Assembly (NCBI GenBank): GCA_951406725.2
Contig: OX597827.1
Coordinates: 82,584,001-82,648,000, forward strand
Origin: Octopus vulgaris
Lineage: Eukaryota
DNA length: 64,000 bases
Reading direction: 5' to 3'
Below the pieces are notes generated by a model. That model was given only the letters and a program-made list of their open reading frames with translations. It was not told the DNA's origin and made no database searches. The translations under genes and the position numbers were made by a program. This document shows positions 24,038 through 38,838 of this stretch, piece by piece (position 1 is the first letter of the stretch; every line of letters begins with the position of its first letter).

Positions 24038-25640
24038 ATAGTAACGATGGTGGTGGTGGTGGTGGCGGTGTTATTGATAATCTCATGTCATCTATTTTAA
24101 CAAACTACAATTAAAATCCAATATTAGATGGATTCCAGTTTTATTCTGTCACTGACAAATAATATATGTAGAATGGTATACAATGAATGGTATATACTGA
24201 ATGATATCATAGGCAGGTAAACTAGTGAATGGACAGTGAACAGTTAATATTAAGAATGGTATAGTGTCATACTGTAATGGTTTACAGCCATACCACAATG
24301 GTATACTACAATAATACCTTCTTGTACTACAATGGTACCATATAAATAATGAAATAACTAGAAGAATTTTTAATTTTCTGTTCTACTCCCAAGAAAGCCT
24401 TTACTTTGGTGACACAGGAAATAAGGAAAATATTTTATCTGACAAGTGTAAATCTTAAGAACTGAACATTCCACATTAAATGGAGATTTTTTTCCTTTCC
24501 TAAAGTCTGAGATTTGTTTAAACATTGAAAATGACAAAATTACCCAAGGAGAATTATTTAAAACAATGGCTGAATATCAGAAATCTTCGAAATTAAGTTT
24601 GGATAATTCATTAAGAACTCCTAAATTATGCATGGAATCGGATTAAATTCTCCAATGTGCAGCATATTGCCATTCTTTACCCTCGAGATGACATATGGCA
24701 GGAAAAGATTAATTTAATAAACCTTAAAAAACATAAATCTTCTTAATTCCTTAACAAGTTAATTAGGTAGAGCTGTTTTTGCTGTTTTTGTTGTCGTTGT
24801 TGTTGTTGTTCTCTCTGGTTTTTATCTGCCATTAACGATGAAGGTGAAATATGTTTTGTATAAACTAAAGATTATTTTAAAATATAAACACAAATAATTT
24901 ATATGAAAATAGATGAAAATCAATAATTCGGAAACAATTTTCCTCATTGTCACAAAATCACAACATATAAAAAGAAGTATATAGTCTATTTATTGTAACA
25001 CCATCCCCAAATATATTACTGGTAGTTATTTATGTTCCCAACTGAATGAAGAGTTAGATGTACCCCACAATGAAGAGAGGTGACTTACAGCTGTGGTATC
25101 ATCATGTTCTTTTGTTCTGATGTTGTTTTTGTTGTTATTGTTTAGCCCAAAGCCAGTTGTGATCATGTAGACCTAAGATGAGACATTCCAGCTGTGACCA
25201 TCTCACCATTTATTCAGATACTCTCTAGTTAGACCTACACTCTCTTATGTAGCCATCTTGTTTCTATTTTATTATTTTGTGCAAGATTCTTTGGCAATGT
25301 ACCTACCACTAACTAGGATTGAACTGGGAACCCTAAACTACATAACCACACAGTCATGCTTGTGCCCTAACTAGGGGTCTATTAATATGTCAATTTGGCA
25401 ACTAGTAATCCACTTGTGATTATATCAGACGCTACTTAAAGGTGTAGCCTACCTTTGTGGTCTTACCACACAATATCTAACTACATCACACAAGACATAA
25501 TGAGGTTTCACTTTCTGCTAGAAATAGTAGCCAATTCTTATTCAGTTCAAACCCTATCATCTAAAATTAAAGCAGAGCAAATTAGATGATGTAGTCCAAC
25601 ATAATCATAGAAAACCCACAATATATGTATATAAATATAA

Positions 25641-25703
<63 letters not shown>

Positions 25704-25732
25704 GTATACATGCACATATATATTAGGTCATA

Positions 25733-25962
25733 AGGCGGCGAGCTGGCAGAAACCTTAGCATGCCAGGCAAAATGCTTAGCAATATTTTGTCTGTTGTTAC
25801 ATTCTGAGTTCAAATTTCACCGAGGTCGATTTTGCCTTTCATCCTCTTGGGGTCGATAAATAAAGTACCAGTTTCGCACTGTGTCGATGTAATCGACTTA
25901 ATCCGTTTGTCTGTCCTTGTTTGTCCCCTCTATGTTTAGCCCCTTATGGGTAGTAAAGAAAT
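25733..25962 (+). mobile_element. SINE family B
   Basis: GGCGGCGAGCTGGCAGAA..GAGTTCAAATT (B-box)..TTTAGCCCCTT..TAGTAAAGAAATA. The mariner sits in its TA tail. Confidence 0.85.
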
Positions 25963-25969
25963 ATATATA

Positions 25970-27236
25970 TTGGGCCATCCCATAAATAATGTGGTTTTTG
26001 TCAATTGCATGAACTAAAAGTCAGAGGCCGGATAAACTACCTGCATCAACTTGCTACAAAAGCACGAAGTAAATTTACCTTGTGCTTATTCTTAGTGCAA
26101 GTTTTGAAGAGTGCAGTTCAATTTTAACAGTTATTTTTTTCAAAGTTATAATGGAAGTGACAACGGAGCATATTTGGCATATTTTGCTTTATGAGTTCAA
26201 TAAAGGCAACAACACAATAAAAAGTGTGAGGAATATTAATGCAGGATTTGGGGATTGGACAATAAGCATCAGCCAGTGTCAACGGTGGTTCCAGAAATTC
26301 TGAGCCAGAAATGACAGCCTAGAAGATGAACCTCATCCTGGAATATCTGTAGAGCTCAATGAGGATGTCCTGCAAACCCTGGTCGAACAAAATCCCATCG
26401 TAACTGTTGAGGAACTAGCAGAGAAGCTTAGATTTGGTCATTCAACCATTCATAAACACCTATGTGATATTGGAAAAGTCAGCAAATTGGGACAATGTGT
26501 TCCTCACAAACTTTCTGAGTCTAATCGCATACAGAAAGTGAATGTGTGCTCTTCTTTGTTGTCACGTCTCATGAATGAACCTTTTTTTGGTTCGAATAGT
26601 GTCTGGTGACAAGAAATGGGTTCTCTATCAAAAAAGTCAAGTGCCGAAGACAGAGGGTAGAGAAAAGAGAAACACCAAGTACCTCAGGCTAAAGAAGGTC
26701 TTCACCCACATAAGGTGTTGTTCATCTGTTTGATGGGATATGAAAGGTTTAGTCCACTTTGAACTTTTAACTCCTAAACCAAATAACAAAGGAGATCTGC
26801 TGTGGGCAGCTTGAGTGGCTTAAATCAGTGCTTGAAGAAAAAATGACCATCTTTGGTTTCAAGATGAAATGTATTCGGCCACATACGGCAAGGATGACAT
26901 TCCAAATGCTGGAGCAGTTTAATAGGAAACAACGCCCCACCCACCATATTCACTGGACATTGCCCCATTTGATTATCATTTATTCCGCAGTCTCCAAAAT
27001 CATTTGTATGGAAAAAATATGAATTCTCTAGACGAGGTCAGAACATTACTAGGGGAGTATTTTTCGTCACAGACAAGTGAATTTTGGAAGACGGGCCTTG
27101 CAAGTCTACCAGACAGGTGGAAGAGCATTGTAGAAAATTGAAGAGAGAATATTTTAGATTAAAAAGAACTTTGTTTATCTTAATTTTGAAAAAGATAAGA
27201 AGTATAAAAAACTGCATTATTTATGGGATGACCCAA
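25970..27236 (+). mobile_element. Full-length decayed mariner (Tc1/mariner) transposon
   Basis: ~30-bp TIRs TTGGG(C/T)CATCCCATAAATAATG..GTTTTT at both ends, in a TA context; ~1.27 kb long. Confidence 0.93.
26151..27160 (+). pseudogene. Mariner transposase pseudogene
   Basis: MEVTTEHIWHILLYEF..QCQRWFQKF*..LEDEPHPG..KLGQCVPHKL (WVPHEL-like)..IVSGDKKWVLY..PPYSLDIAPFDYHLF (YSPDLAP-like), with multiple stops and frameshifts. Confidence 0.9.
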
Positions 27237-27770
27237 CATACATATATACATATGTATGTATGCAAGTATGTATGCGTGTATGCGTGTATGTATGTATGAG
27301 CATGTATGTCTATGTATATATATATATATCTGTATGCACATGTGTATGCACATGTGTATGTATGAGTGTCTGCTTGTGTGTATTAGACTTCATTTATTTG
27401 CAAAACTGATGCCACAAACACCAAAGACTTCCTTTGTTGACTTCTTCTATGTTTGCAGACATTTTTGTAATGGTCACTCTTCAGATTACAAACAAATTGT
27501 GTTTGTCTCTTCTAATTTAGTTTAGCTTATTGCTAGCATAAAGCTATCACACACACACACACACACACACACGTGTGCATGCACGTGCATATATGTATCA
27601 CATATACACATGCAACTCTAAACTTATTATATACATATATGATTAAAAGTCTGTTTACAAAACATATATGCATACATACATACATACATACACACACACT
27701 AAAACAGCAAACTCACACCCAATCATATATACATATATACATACACATATATAGATGTGTGTATACACAC

Positions 27771-27845
<75 letters not shown>

Positions 27846-27854
27846 TTTTTTATC

Positions 27855-28248
27855 TTTTATCCTTTACTTGTCTCAGTCATTGGACTGCAGCCATGCTGGA
27901 GCACTGCCATGACGAATTTTTAATCAAATGAATTGGCCCCAGTATTTTTTTTTTTAACCTTGTAACTTATTCCATCAGTTTCCTTTCCTGAACTGCTAGG
28001 TTACAGGAACATAAACATACAAACACCGGTTGTCAAATGGTGATGGGGACAAACACAGATACACACACACACACACACACACACATATATGATGGGCTTC
28101 TTTCAGTTTCCATCTACCAAATTCGCTCACATGACTTTGGTCAGCCTGAGGTTATAGTAGGAGGCACTTGCCCAAGGTGGCACGCAGTGGGATTGAACCC
28201 AGAATAATATGATTGGGAAGCAACCCTCTTACCACATAGCTTCACCTA
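27855..28248 (-). mobile_element. SINE family A with 3' domain
   Basis: Matches 38137-38670 in reverse. Confidence 0.8.
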
Positions 28249-31200
28249 CATATATGTATATAAGTGTATATACATATATTTATATATATATATACATATG
28301 TATACACACACACACACACACACATTTATGCTTACAGTCCTGCATGTGAAGCTGCTATCACACTTGCAAATCAAAGTGGGGTGTTGCCCATTTGGCCACC
28401 CAAATGGCAGAATCCAAGTGCACTCACATTTCTAAACCATATTCTTCTGATGGTGGGCCTTTTGTGCCTGAAATATTCAAATGTTACTCAACTTTCCCAT
28501 TTGCATTTTAAGAGACTCTCTTCCTTCCATTTTTGCTTGCTATTCTACTCTTATCATAATTTATATCCACAGAATTGTGAAGGCACGTGGCCCAGTGGTT
28601 ATGGTGTTGCACTCACAATTACAAGATCGTGAGTTCAATTCCAGGACTGGGTGGTACATCTTGAGTAAAATATTTCATTTCACGTTGTTCTGTGGGTGGG
28701 TGAGTGGCAAAATCATTGGTACATCAGTAGAGATGCTTTACACTATATTTTCCTACCCTCTACATTCTGAGTTCAAATCCCACCTGCTTGGAGATGGCAA
28801 ACAGGAGGTATTCCAGTCTGCTCATGGTAGCCAAAGTTCTAGTAATCCACTTAATGGCAGCAGAGAAGAGTAGGGGTCGTCCCAGGTTTTATAGAGGGTG
28901 TTGGGGAGGAGGATTCATATGCTCAGGACCTGCCTAAGGGTAGACTGCCACTAGACTAGACAAAGATAATTCTATGCCCCAACAATCCACTGATATTCTT
29001 AACCCTTCAGTATATTTATATCCCTGGTATATTTTAGTATTATTTTAGTGTTATTATTAAATGTGCATAATATTATGAATGACATGTCTAACGATCTTAT
29101 CAAACAACCTATATTTGATTTATATTGAAATCTCATTCACCTCTTTCTTGGTTTCAAACAAGAGACACTCATTGCATCTTCATTCATTTCTCTTCTGATG
29201 TTTTTGTTTCCCACAATTTGACCCCCATCATTTTATTATTTATCTGTCCCTCACTTTTTACCTGTCCCTTCTTCAGCTATAATTACATCTTAATTGTTAA
29301 TTCTATTTGCATTCAACTTTTCTCAATATCTTCCTTCCAGTTTTAACACATCACTTTACCCTTCTTTTATTCTATTCTTCACCAATCTGTGTCGACAATA
29401 TTTTTGTACCCTAATTAACGATACAATATTATCTTATCTAAACTAAAGATGTAATTTTATTGCCTTATTAATTTCATTTCTTTCAAACGACTTATACCTC
29501 AACCTCACATTCCTCACCAATCATCAAACCCAGACTCCAGTTTACACACAAAAGAGTTTCATTTTTATTTCTCTTTCATCAACATCTAAACAGGAATTTT
29601 TCTGACAGATTTTTGCAGAAATTCTTTTGTAATTATACTTTAGAAAAGATTGAGAAAAAAACACAAGACCACCCCTGCAGCTAATATAGATAAATATTCA
29701 ACAACCTAGCGTTCTATAAACAAGTATTGAGTGCTTTATTCAAGTTTGTGGGTCCTACATGATACATTCATTAGATTAACACAGCCCTCACTTTTGAGGC
29801 AATTATCATTCATTCTGTCATGTGACCTAATACATGAACAGAACATGTATTGATCATCCATGTTGTCACATGATATTTTAACTCGAATGATACAGCCTTA
29901 ACTTTAAGTACAGTTATCAACCAAGCAATCAGCACCTCAACTAATGGTAATTCAAACCACAATCCCTCTATGAAAAGGAGCAAATATGGTATGGGGCCCC
30001 ATTCCATATTTACTCCTCTCTACAGAATCTCTGATGATGTGGAAACTTAGAAAACTTACCTGGCCTGAATTGCATAAAACAGCCATAATCTCCACTGAAA
30101 CACATAAAAGATGACATAACTGAAAGAAATTATGAACCAACTTTGCAGCTTTGCTTTACACATGTGTGTGTCTGTGTTTCCGAGTCTGTATGTGTATCTC
30201 TTTGTATAGAAATATATGTAAGTACGTAAGCTTAGGGTATTGATTCAATGAGCATTGAGACATAAATCAACCGTCAAGCGGAGGGGAGGGCGGGGTGGGG
30301 TCATATATCGATGGTAAAGTCACCACTGGAATGTCTTTGATAATGTTTATTCAATGTGGCCAGACTGAGAAGGAGAAGCAACAACAGAACTGCAATAACA
30401 ATAATTTTACAGTTCACTGCTCTGGGATAACAAAGGAGCTGCAGCATGGCCACTCAGTGTTTTAGAAATAGCAGCTAAATTTACTGAAAGTGAACAGTTA
30501 CGTTTGATGACACACTATATCTGAGTAAAAACAGGAAATCTGTTTGGTTTCTTAAAATTCAACTGGCAAGTCATATCGCATTGACTGTCTTTGAGGACAA
30601 ATGTGTATACATACATACTTACATACAACACACATAAGTACACATACACATACACACATATACTTACAGGGGAAGGGGTCGGTTATCATGAAATCTCAAG
30701 CAACATAGCAGCACTCAATATGTTTTGGAGATTAAAACATTCTGCAAATTCTGTTGCTTGAACAGAAAATAAACTCTTCCTTCTTATTCTGAAGAATAAT
30801 TTGAAATGTTCACACCAAATTTTATTGGCACATTCTCACAGAAAAGGGATTGAAAGAAGACAACATTTTTACTTCTTTGTTATAAATTGTTTGGGGCAAG
30901 TTCAATTCCAGGGGACGCAATTCCCCTCAAAAGTTTCAGGAAATGTAAAAATATGAAAAAAAACTGTGTATAATGTATGTTGTAAACTTCAGTTTTATGA
31001 GAGTGGGAAATGCAAGTTAAACTATTAAGGTATGAAACCCCTCATATAAATGATAGAGAACTTGGTATGTTAAATCTATTATATTATGTCTAATGGTGTT
31101 AGAAATAGAGATGATAAAAAAATTAAGAATTTTGTCAATATGTAAGTCCTGGAGGTAAAGAGCCACTCAGATAAGCAGAGGTGTTTCTTTCTGTGAATTG

Positions 31201-31549
31201 CAGAGAAATTTCTGAAACGTTCGTGATTTATTAACAATATCTATTTTTAAGTTGTCAACCGATTTACTAACAATATTTTTCAGCATTACATAAGCTACAG
31301 GTTTTCTTTCCAAAAGGAAATTCTCTCGTTTGCTACCAAAGCACCAATGCTAGAAAGGGTAGCCTGATCTCACTGAAACAAAACAGTCCTCACTTGCCTT
31401 CATTGTTTTCAATCATTCATTCACCAGCATCATGCACAAACACACACACACACAAAATATATATATAATATATATACATGTATGTGTGAGTGTCTATATG
31501 TAGACACATACATATATACGTATATATAAACATACATATATGTGTATGT

Positions 31550-31603
<54 letters not shown>

Positions 31604-32964
31604 ATTATCAACATACACACCCTCACACACAGACACACATGTATATAAATATATGTTTGTATCCAATCCCAATAATCTGTAAATTCCATGTTGCTGAAAG
31701 CTGTGCATATAATAGAAATGCAGTTGGCACATGTTAGGAGTCTTGTGGAAGCAGCAGCAGCAGCAGCAGCAGCATCACTACCACTATCAACATAATCACT
31801 ACAACTGCACCACCACCACCACCATCAAAGCCACTGTGGTGGTGGTGGGTAGGAGTTAATGAAAGGAGCAAGTAAAATATATGAAATCAACTTCACACAT
31901 GGTGATTAAATATAACAACATGGTGAAGACTGTTTTTGGACTCTGGTCAATGGACAACAACAAGAGCAACAACAACAACAACACAGATTCTTGGCAACTC
32001 TACAAAGTGTGAGAAAGGGACTCAATATATGTTTACATTTATGAGCACACACACACACACACACACGCACGCACACACACACACATGTCTACCTTACACT
32101 ATGTAGATACAGATGCTAACACACACACACACACACACAGGGACACATACATAAACACAAACGTACACACACACACACACATGGACATACACACACGCAC
32201 ACACACACACAAATACACCTACATATACATATACGCATGCATAAGCACACACAGTCATATATGCACTATGCATATACGTACACATATACATGCACAGAAA
32301 CACACACAGTCATACATGCATTACAACATTCTCACACACATATACAAACACGTGTACGCATAGATGTGCAAACACAAACACATACAGACACACACATAAA
32401 CACATACATATACGCCTATACACACACATGTACAAACAGACACACGCATTCCTCAAAAGGTAAATACCTGCATTCTCATGTTGATCACTCAACTAAACAA
32501 CTTATTCATTCAGGTGTCTCGTGTGTGGCTGAGTACCCCAAAGACACATGGTCCCTTTATGTCAGAACATGATTAACTTGACTCTTTCACCTGTCCTCTA
32601 GCTACAGGCTTTACCTGCCCACTTCCAATCATATAATTTATGTCATCCCACAGCTCGGGCCCAGGGTGGGAATAAGATATTCACATGAGGTCTCTGTTTT
32701 GGTCCTACTGTATGGTATCTTAAGCAAGTTTCTTTTACATATCACTATTTAAAGACAAACACAAACATACAAGTGCACAAACATGTATATACATACACAC
32801 CAACACAAATACATACATACACATATTCATACAACTACAGGGACACATCCATATACATTATGTAGACACAGACACAAACATACACATCTGCACATAATAT
32901 TGCACAAACTTATGTATATATATATATATATACGTATGTATATATGTATGTATGTATGTAACTA

Positions 32965-33132
32965 GAGTCCACTCTGTTGGGTGGTTGGTGCTAGGAAGGG
33001 CATCCAGCTGTTAGAATCCTACCAAAACAGTCACAGAGGTCTGGTGCAGGCTTCTGCCAGGCCGGCTTCTGTCAAACCATTCCACCCATGCCAGCATGGA
33101 AGGTGGACGTTAAACAATGATGATGGTGATGA
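32965..33132 (+). mobile_element. RTE 3' end fragment
   Basis: GTGGTTGGTGCTAGGAAGGGCATCCAGCTG..CCATGCCAGCATGGAAGGTGGACGTTAAAC(AT)GATGAT. Confidence 0.75.
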
Positions 33133-33199
33133 TATCTCGCTTCTCTTTGAGGAGGCACAGGTACTTATGTACACATGTACGCACATAACAGGAACTTGC

Positions 33200-33341
33200 A
33201 CCTACCAAATTCAATTACAAGGCTTTGGTTGGCCAGAGGCTATAGCAGAAGACACTTGCCCAAGGTGCCATGCAGTGGGACTGAACCCAAAACCATGTGG
33301 CTAGGAAGCAAGATTCCTAACCACACAGCCATGCCTGCACC
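33200..33341 (-). mobile_element. SINE family A
   Basis: GAAGACACTTGCCCAAGGTGCCATGCAGTGGGACTGAACCC..ACCACACAGCC. Confidence 0.8.
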
Positions 33342-33517
33342 TACACTATATGTACATGGATATATATGTGTATATATATGTGTGTGTGTATATATATATA
33401 TATATATTGTACTTGGATATGCATGTGTATATATATATGTATAAAAACATACATACTCATTCATGGGTAGACAGATGTACACATACATAATGCAAACACA
33501 AGCACACTGATATAAAT

Positions 33518-33554
<37 letters not shown>

Positions 33555-33731
33555 CATACATGGAAAGACACACATGTACACACACATATATAATACAGAC
33601 ACAAATACATACATAGTGATACATAGTCATGCATACACACTGCTATACATATTCATTCTTAGACAAACACATGCACATACATATATAGGCAGGCACACAC
33701 ATACACATTTACAATTCGGATACAAGCATAC

Positions 33732-33776
<45 letters not shown>

Positions 33777-35290
33777 TATGCATGTGCAATACATACACAA
33801 GCGCATGCATAGACATACAGACACAGAGAGAAACACTGAAATACACATTTACATGCATTAGTCAGAGGGAGTGGAGGAGGGTGGTGGCAGAGTGAGAGAG
33901 ATGGGGGAGAGAGAGGAGGAGGAGGAAGGGGAGATGAGCTACCTTTGCAGCATCTGATACTGTAAAGGTGAAGGGTGATGGTGGTGATGGCTGTGGTGTT
34001 GTTGTTGTTGTTGTTGGTGATGGTGATGGTGGTGGTGGTGGTGGTTAGATGACTGTATACACTTGAAGTATGCTCTACTTTTCATACCTAAACCAAAGTG
34101 TACGCAGCCAGCAGAGCATACCAAACTCTTTCCTTTCCATCACAGACAAGACATGACTACACATTGCTGTTAACACATTTAATGCAGGACGCATTAAAAA
34201 GCTAAACAGAAACAATTATGCTGTGAGGAAAATATAAACAATGTCTATTCAATGGCCAGTGTTATTTTAATTATTTTGGCAAGCATCAGAGACAACTCCA
34301 GACATGTTTCCGTATTGTTATGAACTCATCAATGAAGAATAGAGTTCACGGTACTTAGCAAAGTAGCAACAAGAGAATTACTTAATAACTGTACCAAATT
34401 GTACAATGGTTGGTTGGCGGGTTGGCTTGTTGGTGCAAAAAAATAAATTGGTAACTTATTCTTAAAGTTTGCCAAAACTGTCTTTAAACCTGCTTTCACC
34501 CATACCAACATAACCTTTTATTTTAGATTCCCATAGTACCTACTTGAGATGTTACCCTCCCTTCATTGATAATAACCGTATCTCTCGGTCAAAGAACGCC
34601 TCTTTAGTCCTGCAGTTAAGATGTATCTACCTGGGTATTGGTGTTTCAGAATTTGCTCTTTACTTCATTCTCATATTTGTCAAATTAGGATTGGTTACTT
34701 CATTGATTGGTTGATTGGTTAAGAACCAAACTGACCAAGCTCTAGCATTGTTATGACCAGTCAAAGCAGTGCCCCCAGTAAGTGTGTGTACACACAGGCA
34801 CAGAGGAAGGGACTTTGAACTTTCAGACTGCTAACCATCATCTTGTCAAAGTGTAAGAAATATGTACAAAAAGATGATTGAAAAATTCTTTTTTTTAATG
34901 TTAAATTGTTTTTATTATAACTTCACATTAAACCAAACATTAATATATATATATACATATATATTCATATATATTTGAAAGAATGAGTAGAAATGGCTTT
35001 TGCCAGGGCTAACTTTTATTTTATTGATAATGTTTACAGTTACTCTAATGAGTTTCAAGATTTTCAATAGCCATTTTCAAACTGAAATTCTGTGGTTTAG
35101 GAGGTTGTTTATATGGCAAAATAACTTTTTTTTATATGTCAAGTATACAAATACAAGTAGACAATAAAAAATAGAAAACAATAAAAAGTAAAGAATATAT
35201 ATATGTATATGTATGTATGCATGTATGTATGTATGTATGTATGTATGTATGTATGTATGTATGTACGTATGTATGTATGTATGTGTGTGT

Positions 35291-35339
<49 letters not shown>

Positions 35340-36135
35340 CAGACAGATAGACAGACAGACAGACAGATAGATAGACAGATAGACAGACAGATAGATAGAT
35401 AGATAGATAGATAGATAAATAAATATATAGATAAATATATATATATAGGAACAGGGGTATCAACTATATGAATAGATAGAGACTGATATATACACACATG
35501 TGTACATAAATGCATATATGTACTTATACATACACACATCTGTACTATTTTATTAAAGCTGAAAAATCTTCACAAACTGTTACTCAGAGTTTCATACTTG
35601 TGACATGTGTGTGTGTGTGTGTGTTTGTGCATGTACACCCACACACATATAATGCATTGCTGATGTTTTTGGATGATCAGTAAAGGTGGAATAGACTATT
35701 AATCTCATCTTTTTGTTTTATTCTCTTTTGTATGAAGAAAAAAAGAGAATAGAAAAGAGAAGATGTGGTCGGGAGAATAGGCTAATGGTGGAATCAGTGT
35801 GTGGTTGAGGGAAAATAACTGATGGCAGCAGATATATGGACAGATGAAGGCCTGACCGTTTTGAGTGATGGGTTTAGATGTCATGCGGTTGGTCCTAGCA
35901 CCGATCTTGGTTTCTTTGGTCAGCTGCATGGGGGGGGGTCAACTGACAGACAGACAGATGAGAAGGGAGGGAGCGGAATGTATAGCGAGGCTGGTAGACA
36001 GGCAAAGAGACTGATTGATTGAGGCAAGGTTCATTGGTTGACAAAGGATTCAAACTCAAATATGTAAACAGTTGTATATAAAAGATATTGCATGCATATA
36101 TATACACACACATTATGTATATGTATATATATATG

Positions 36136-36197
<62 letters not shown>

Positions 36198-36408
36198 CAT
36201 ATATATACATATACATATATATATATGTATATATGTATATATTTACATATATATATATGTACATATACACATATATGTCCATATATATATATATATATGT
36301 ACATATATATATATACATATACATATATATATATGTATATATGTATATATTATATATATATATATGTACATATACATATATATGTCCATATATATATATA
36401 TATGTATG

Positions 36409-36487
<79 letters not shown>

Positions 36488-36498
36488 CATATATATAA

Positions 36499-36558
<60 letters not shown>

Positions 36559-36559
36559 T

Positions 36560-37493
36560 AAGAAGCATTAGATGTGGTGTGCAAGAGAGATGACTGCGCT
36601 GGTATGGTCATGTGGCAAGAATGGACGAGGACAGCTGTGTGAAAAAGTGCCACACCCTAGTGGTTGAGGGAACCTGTAGAAGAGGTAGACCCAGGAAGAC
36701 CTGGGATGAAGTGGTGAAGCACGACCTTCAAACGTTAGGCCTCACCAAGGAAATGACTAGTGACCGAGACCTTTGGGAATATGCCGTGGGTGAGAAGACC
36801 TGGCAAGCCAAATGAAACCATAATCTCATGGCGTATGCCAGGGGCATAACCAGCCCACTTATTCGTAACCTTTTCCTTCTTTGGACACTAAAATTCTGCT
36901 TGCGAAGACCTGTTGAGGCAAGTGAAATCAAATCAATCAAAGCAAAATCAAAATTAAATTCGATGACTGGCGTCCATGCTAGCATGTTGCAAAGAGCACC
37001 ATATGAGCGTGATCATTGACAGAGCGGCTAACCGGCTTCCGTGCCAGTAGCACTTAAAGGGCAACATTCGAGCGTGATCGTTACCAGCATCACCTTACTG
37101 GCACTTGTGCCCATGCTAGTAGGGTGCCAAGAGCACCACCCGAGCGTGATCATTGCCAGAGCAGCCAACTGGCTTCCTTCCCAGTGGCACGTAAAAGGAC
37201 ACCATTCGAACGTGATCGTTACCAATGTTGCCTTACTGGCACCTGTGCCGGTGGCATGTGTAAAAGGATTCAAGCGAGGTCATTTCCAGTACCGCCTGAC
37301 TGGCCCCTGTGCCAGTGGCACGTAAAAAGTACCCACTACACTCTCGGAGTGGTTGGCATTAGGAGGGGCATCCAGCTGTAGAAACTCTGCCAAATCAAGA
37401 TTGGAGTCTGGTGCAGCCATCTGGTTCACCAGCCCTCAGTCAAAATGCTAGCATGGAAAGCGGATGTTAAACGATGATGATGATGATGATGAT
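36560..37493 (+). mobile_element. 5'-truncated RTE LINE: ORF end, repetitive 3' UTR and (GAT)n tail
   Basis: [61 protein letters not shown] (stop at 36815). The UTR has GAGCGTGATC-anchored subrepeats and ends GCATGGAAAGCGGATGTTAAAC(GAT)n. Confidence 0.9.
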
Positions 37494-37494
37494 G

Positions 37495-37681
37495 GACCGT
37501 TAGCTCCTACACGCATTTTTTTCTCTCCTTGTTTCTTTTCTGTGTATCTTTCTGTCGAAGAGCGTAGGCTCGAAACGTAAAAGACTTGTTTTATTTCTAT
37601 TCCTGAGCGCCATACTAATACAATTGTTTGTTTGTACTCCACCTGCCTTCGTCTTTTGTTTATTTTCATAAACCTTCCTGT

Positions 37682-37685
<4 letters not shown>
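37495..37685 (+). mobile_element. ~190-bp hammerhead-like repeat, copy 3
   Basis: TCTTT-CTGTCGAA-GAGC-GTAG-GCTC-GAAA-CGT-A-AAAGA at 37547-37584, with the same 3' part as copy 1, ending at (TA)n. Directly follows an RTE (GAT)n tail. Confidence 0.7.
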
Positions 37686-37712
<27 letters not shown>

Positions 37713-37950
37713 GTATGCAAAAAAAGTCTAGAAAGGAAGAGGTAGATGAGTACTAAAGCTATTTCAAAAGCACATTCGTTGCATTTTAATGTGTATTGAT
37801 TAATAAAGTTTATAGTCATTTTGTATTTTCTTTCTCAAACCATTCTTATGGTTTCAGACTAAACAACTGCAATTACTTTGATCAGTTGACTCATCCTACA
37901 ACACTTTACATACATACATACATATATATATATGTATATGTATATATATG

Positions 37951-38057
<107 letters not shown>

Positions 38058-38136
38058 ATATATACATGTATATATATGTATATATTTATATACATATATA
38101 CATAGACATGCATACATTTATACACACACACATATA

Positions 38137-38291
38137 TGGAGTGGCTACGTAGTAAGAAGCTTGCTTCCCAGCCACGTAGTTCCAGGTTCAGTCCCTCTGC
38201 ATGGCACCTTGGGCAAGTGACTTCTATTATACCCTTGGGCTGACCAAAACCTTGTGAGTGGATTTGGTAGATTGAAACTGAAAAGAACCTG

Positions 38292-38380
<89 letters not shown>

Positions 38381-38670
38381 CAGACAGACAAACAGACAGA
38401 CAGGTAGGTAGGTAGGTAGGTAGGTAGGTAGGTAGGTAGATGTATATATTTGTGTGTGTGTGTGTCTTTGTTTGTCCACCACCACAATCGCTTGAAAACT
38501 GATGCTGGTGTCTTTACATTCCCCTAACTTAGTCATTTGGCAAAAGAGACCAATAGAATAAGTACTAGGCTTACAAAGAATAAGTCCTGGGGTTGATTTT
38601 TTTCAACTAAAAGTGGTGCTCCAGCATGGCTGCAGTCAAATGACTGAAACAAGTACAAGAATGAAAGGAT
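38137..38670 (+). mobile_element. SINE family A, long form with internal microsatellite
   Basis: Head GGAGTGGCT..AAGAAGCTTGCTTCCCA..GGTTCAGTCCC, internal (TA)/(TAGA)/(TAGG)n, 3' domain ending CAGCATGGCTGCAGTCAAATGACTGAAACAAG. Confidence 0.85.
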
Positions 38671-38689
38671 AAAAAAATATATATGTTAG

Positions 38690-38838
38690 CATCCTGGAGA
38701 AAATACTTTGTGGTATTTCATGCTGAGGTCAACTTTGCCTGTCATCCTATAAACTAAGGACCAGTTGAGCACTGGGGTTGATGTAATCAGCTTACCCCAC
38801 CCTCAAAATTGCTGGCCACGTGCCAGAAATAAGAAAAG
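38690..38838 (+). mobile_element. SINE family B (degenerate)
   Basis: GAGGTCAACTTTGCCTGTCATCC..CCAGTTGAGCACTGGGGTTGATGTAATC. Confidence 0.6.

Noticed and set aside
37005-37260. CRISPR-like regularly spaced short repeats
   Set aside because: The spacers are themselves homologous (A-B-A-B), the region is a LINE 3' UTR in a eukaryote, and there are no cas genes.
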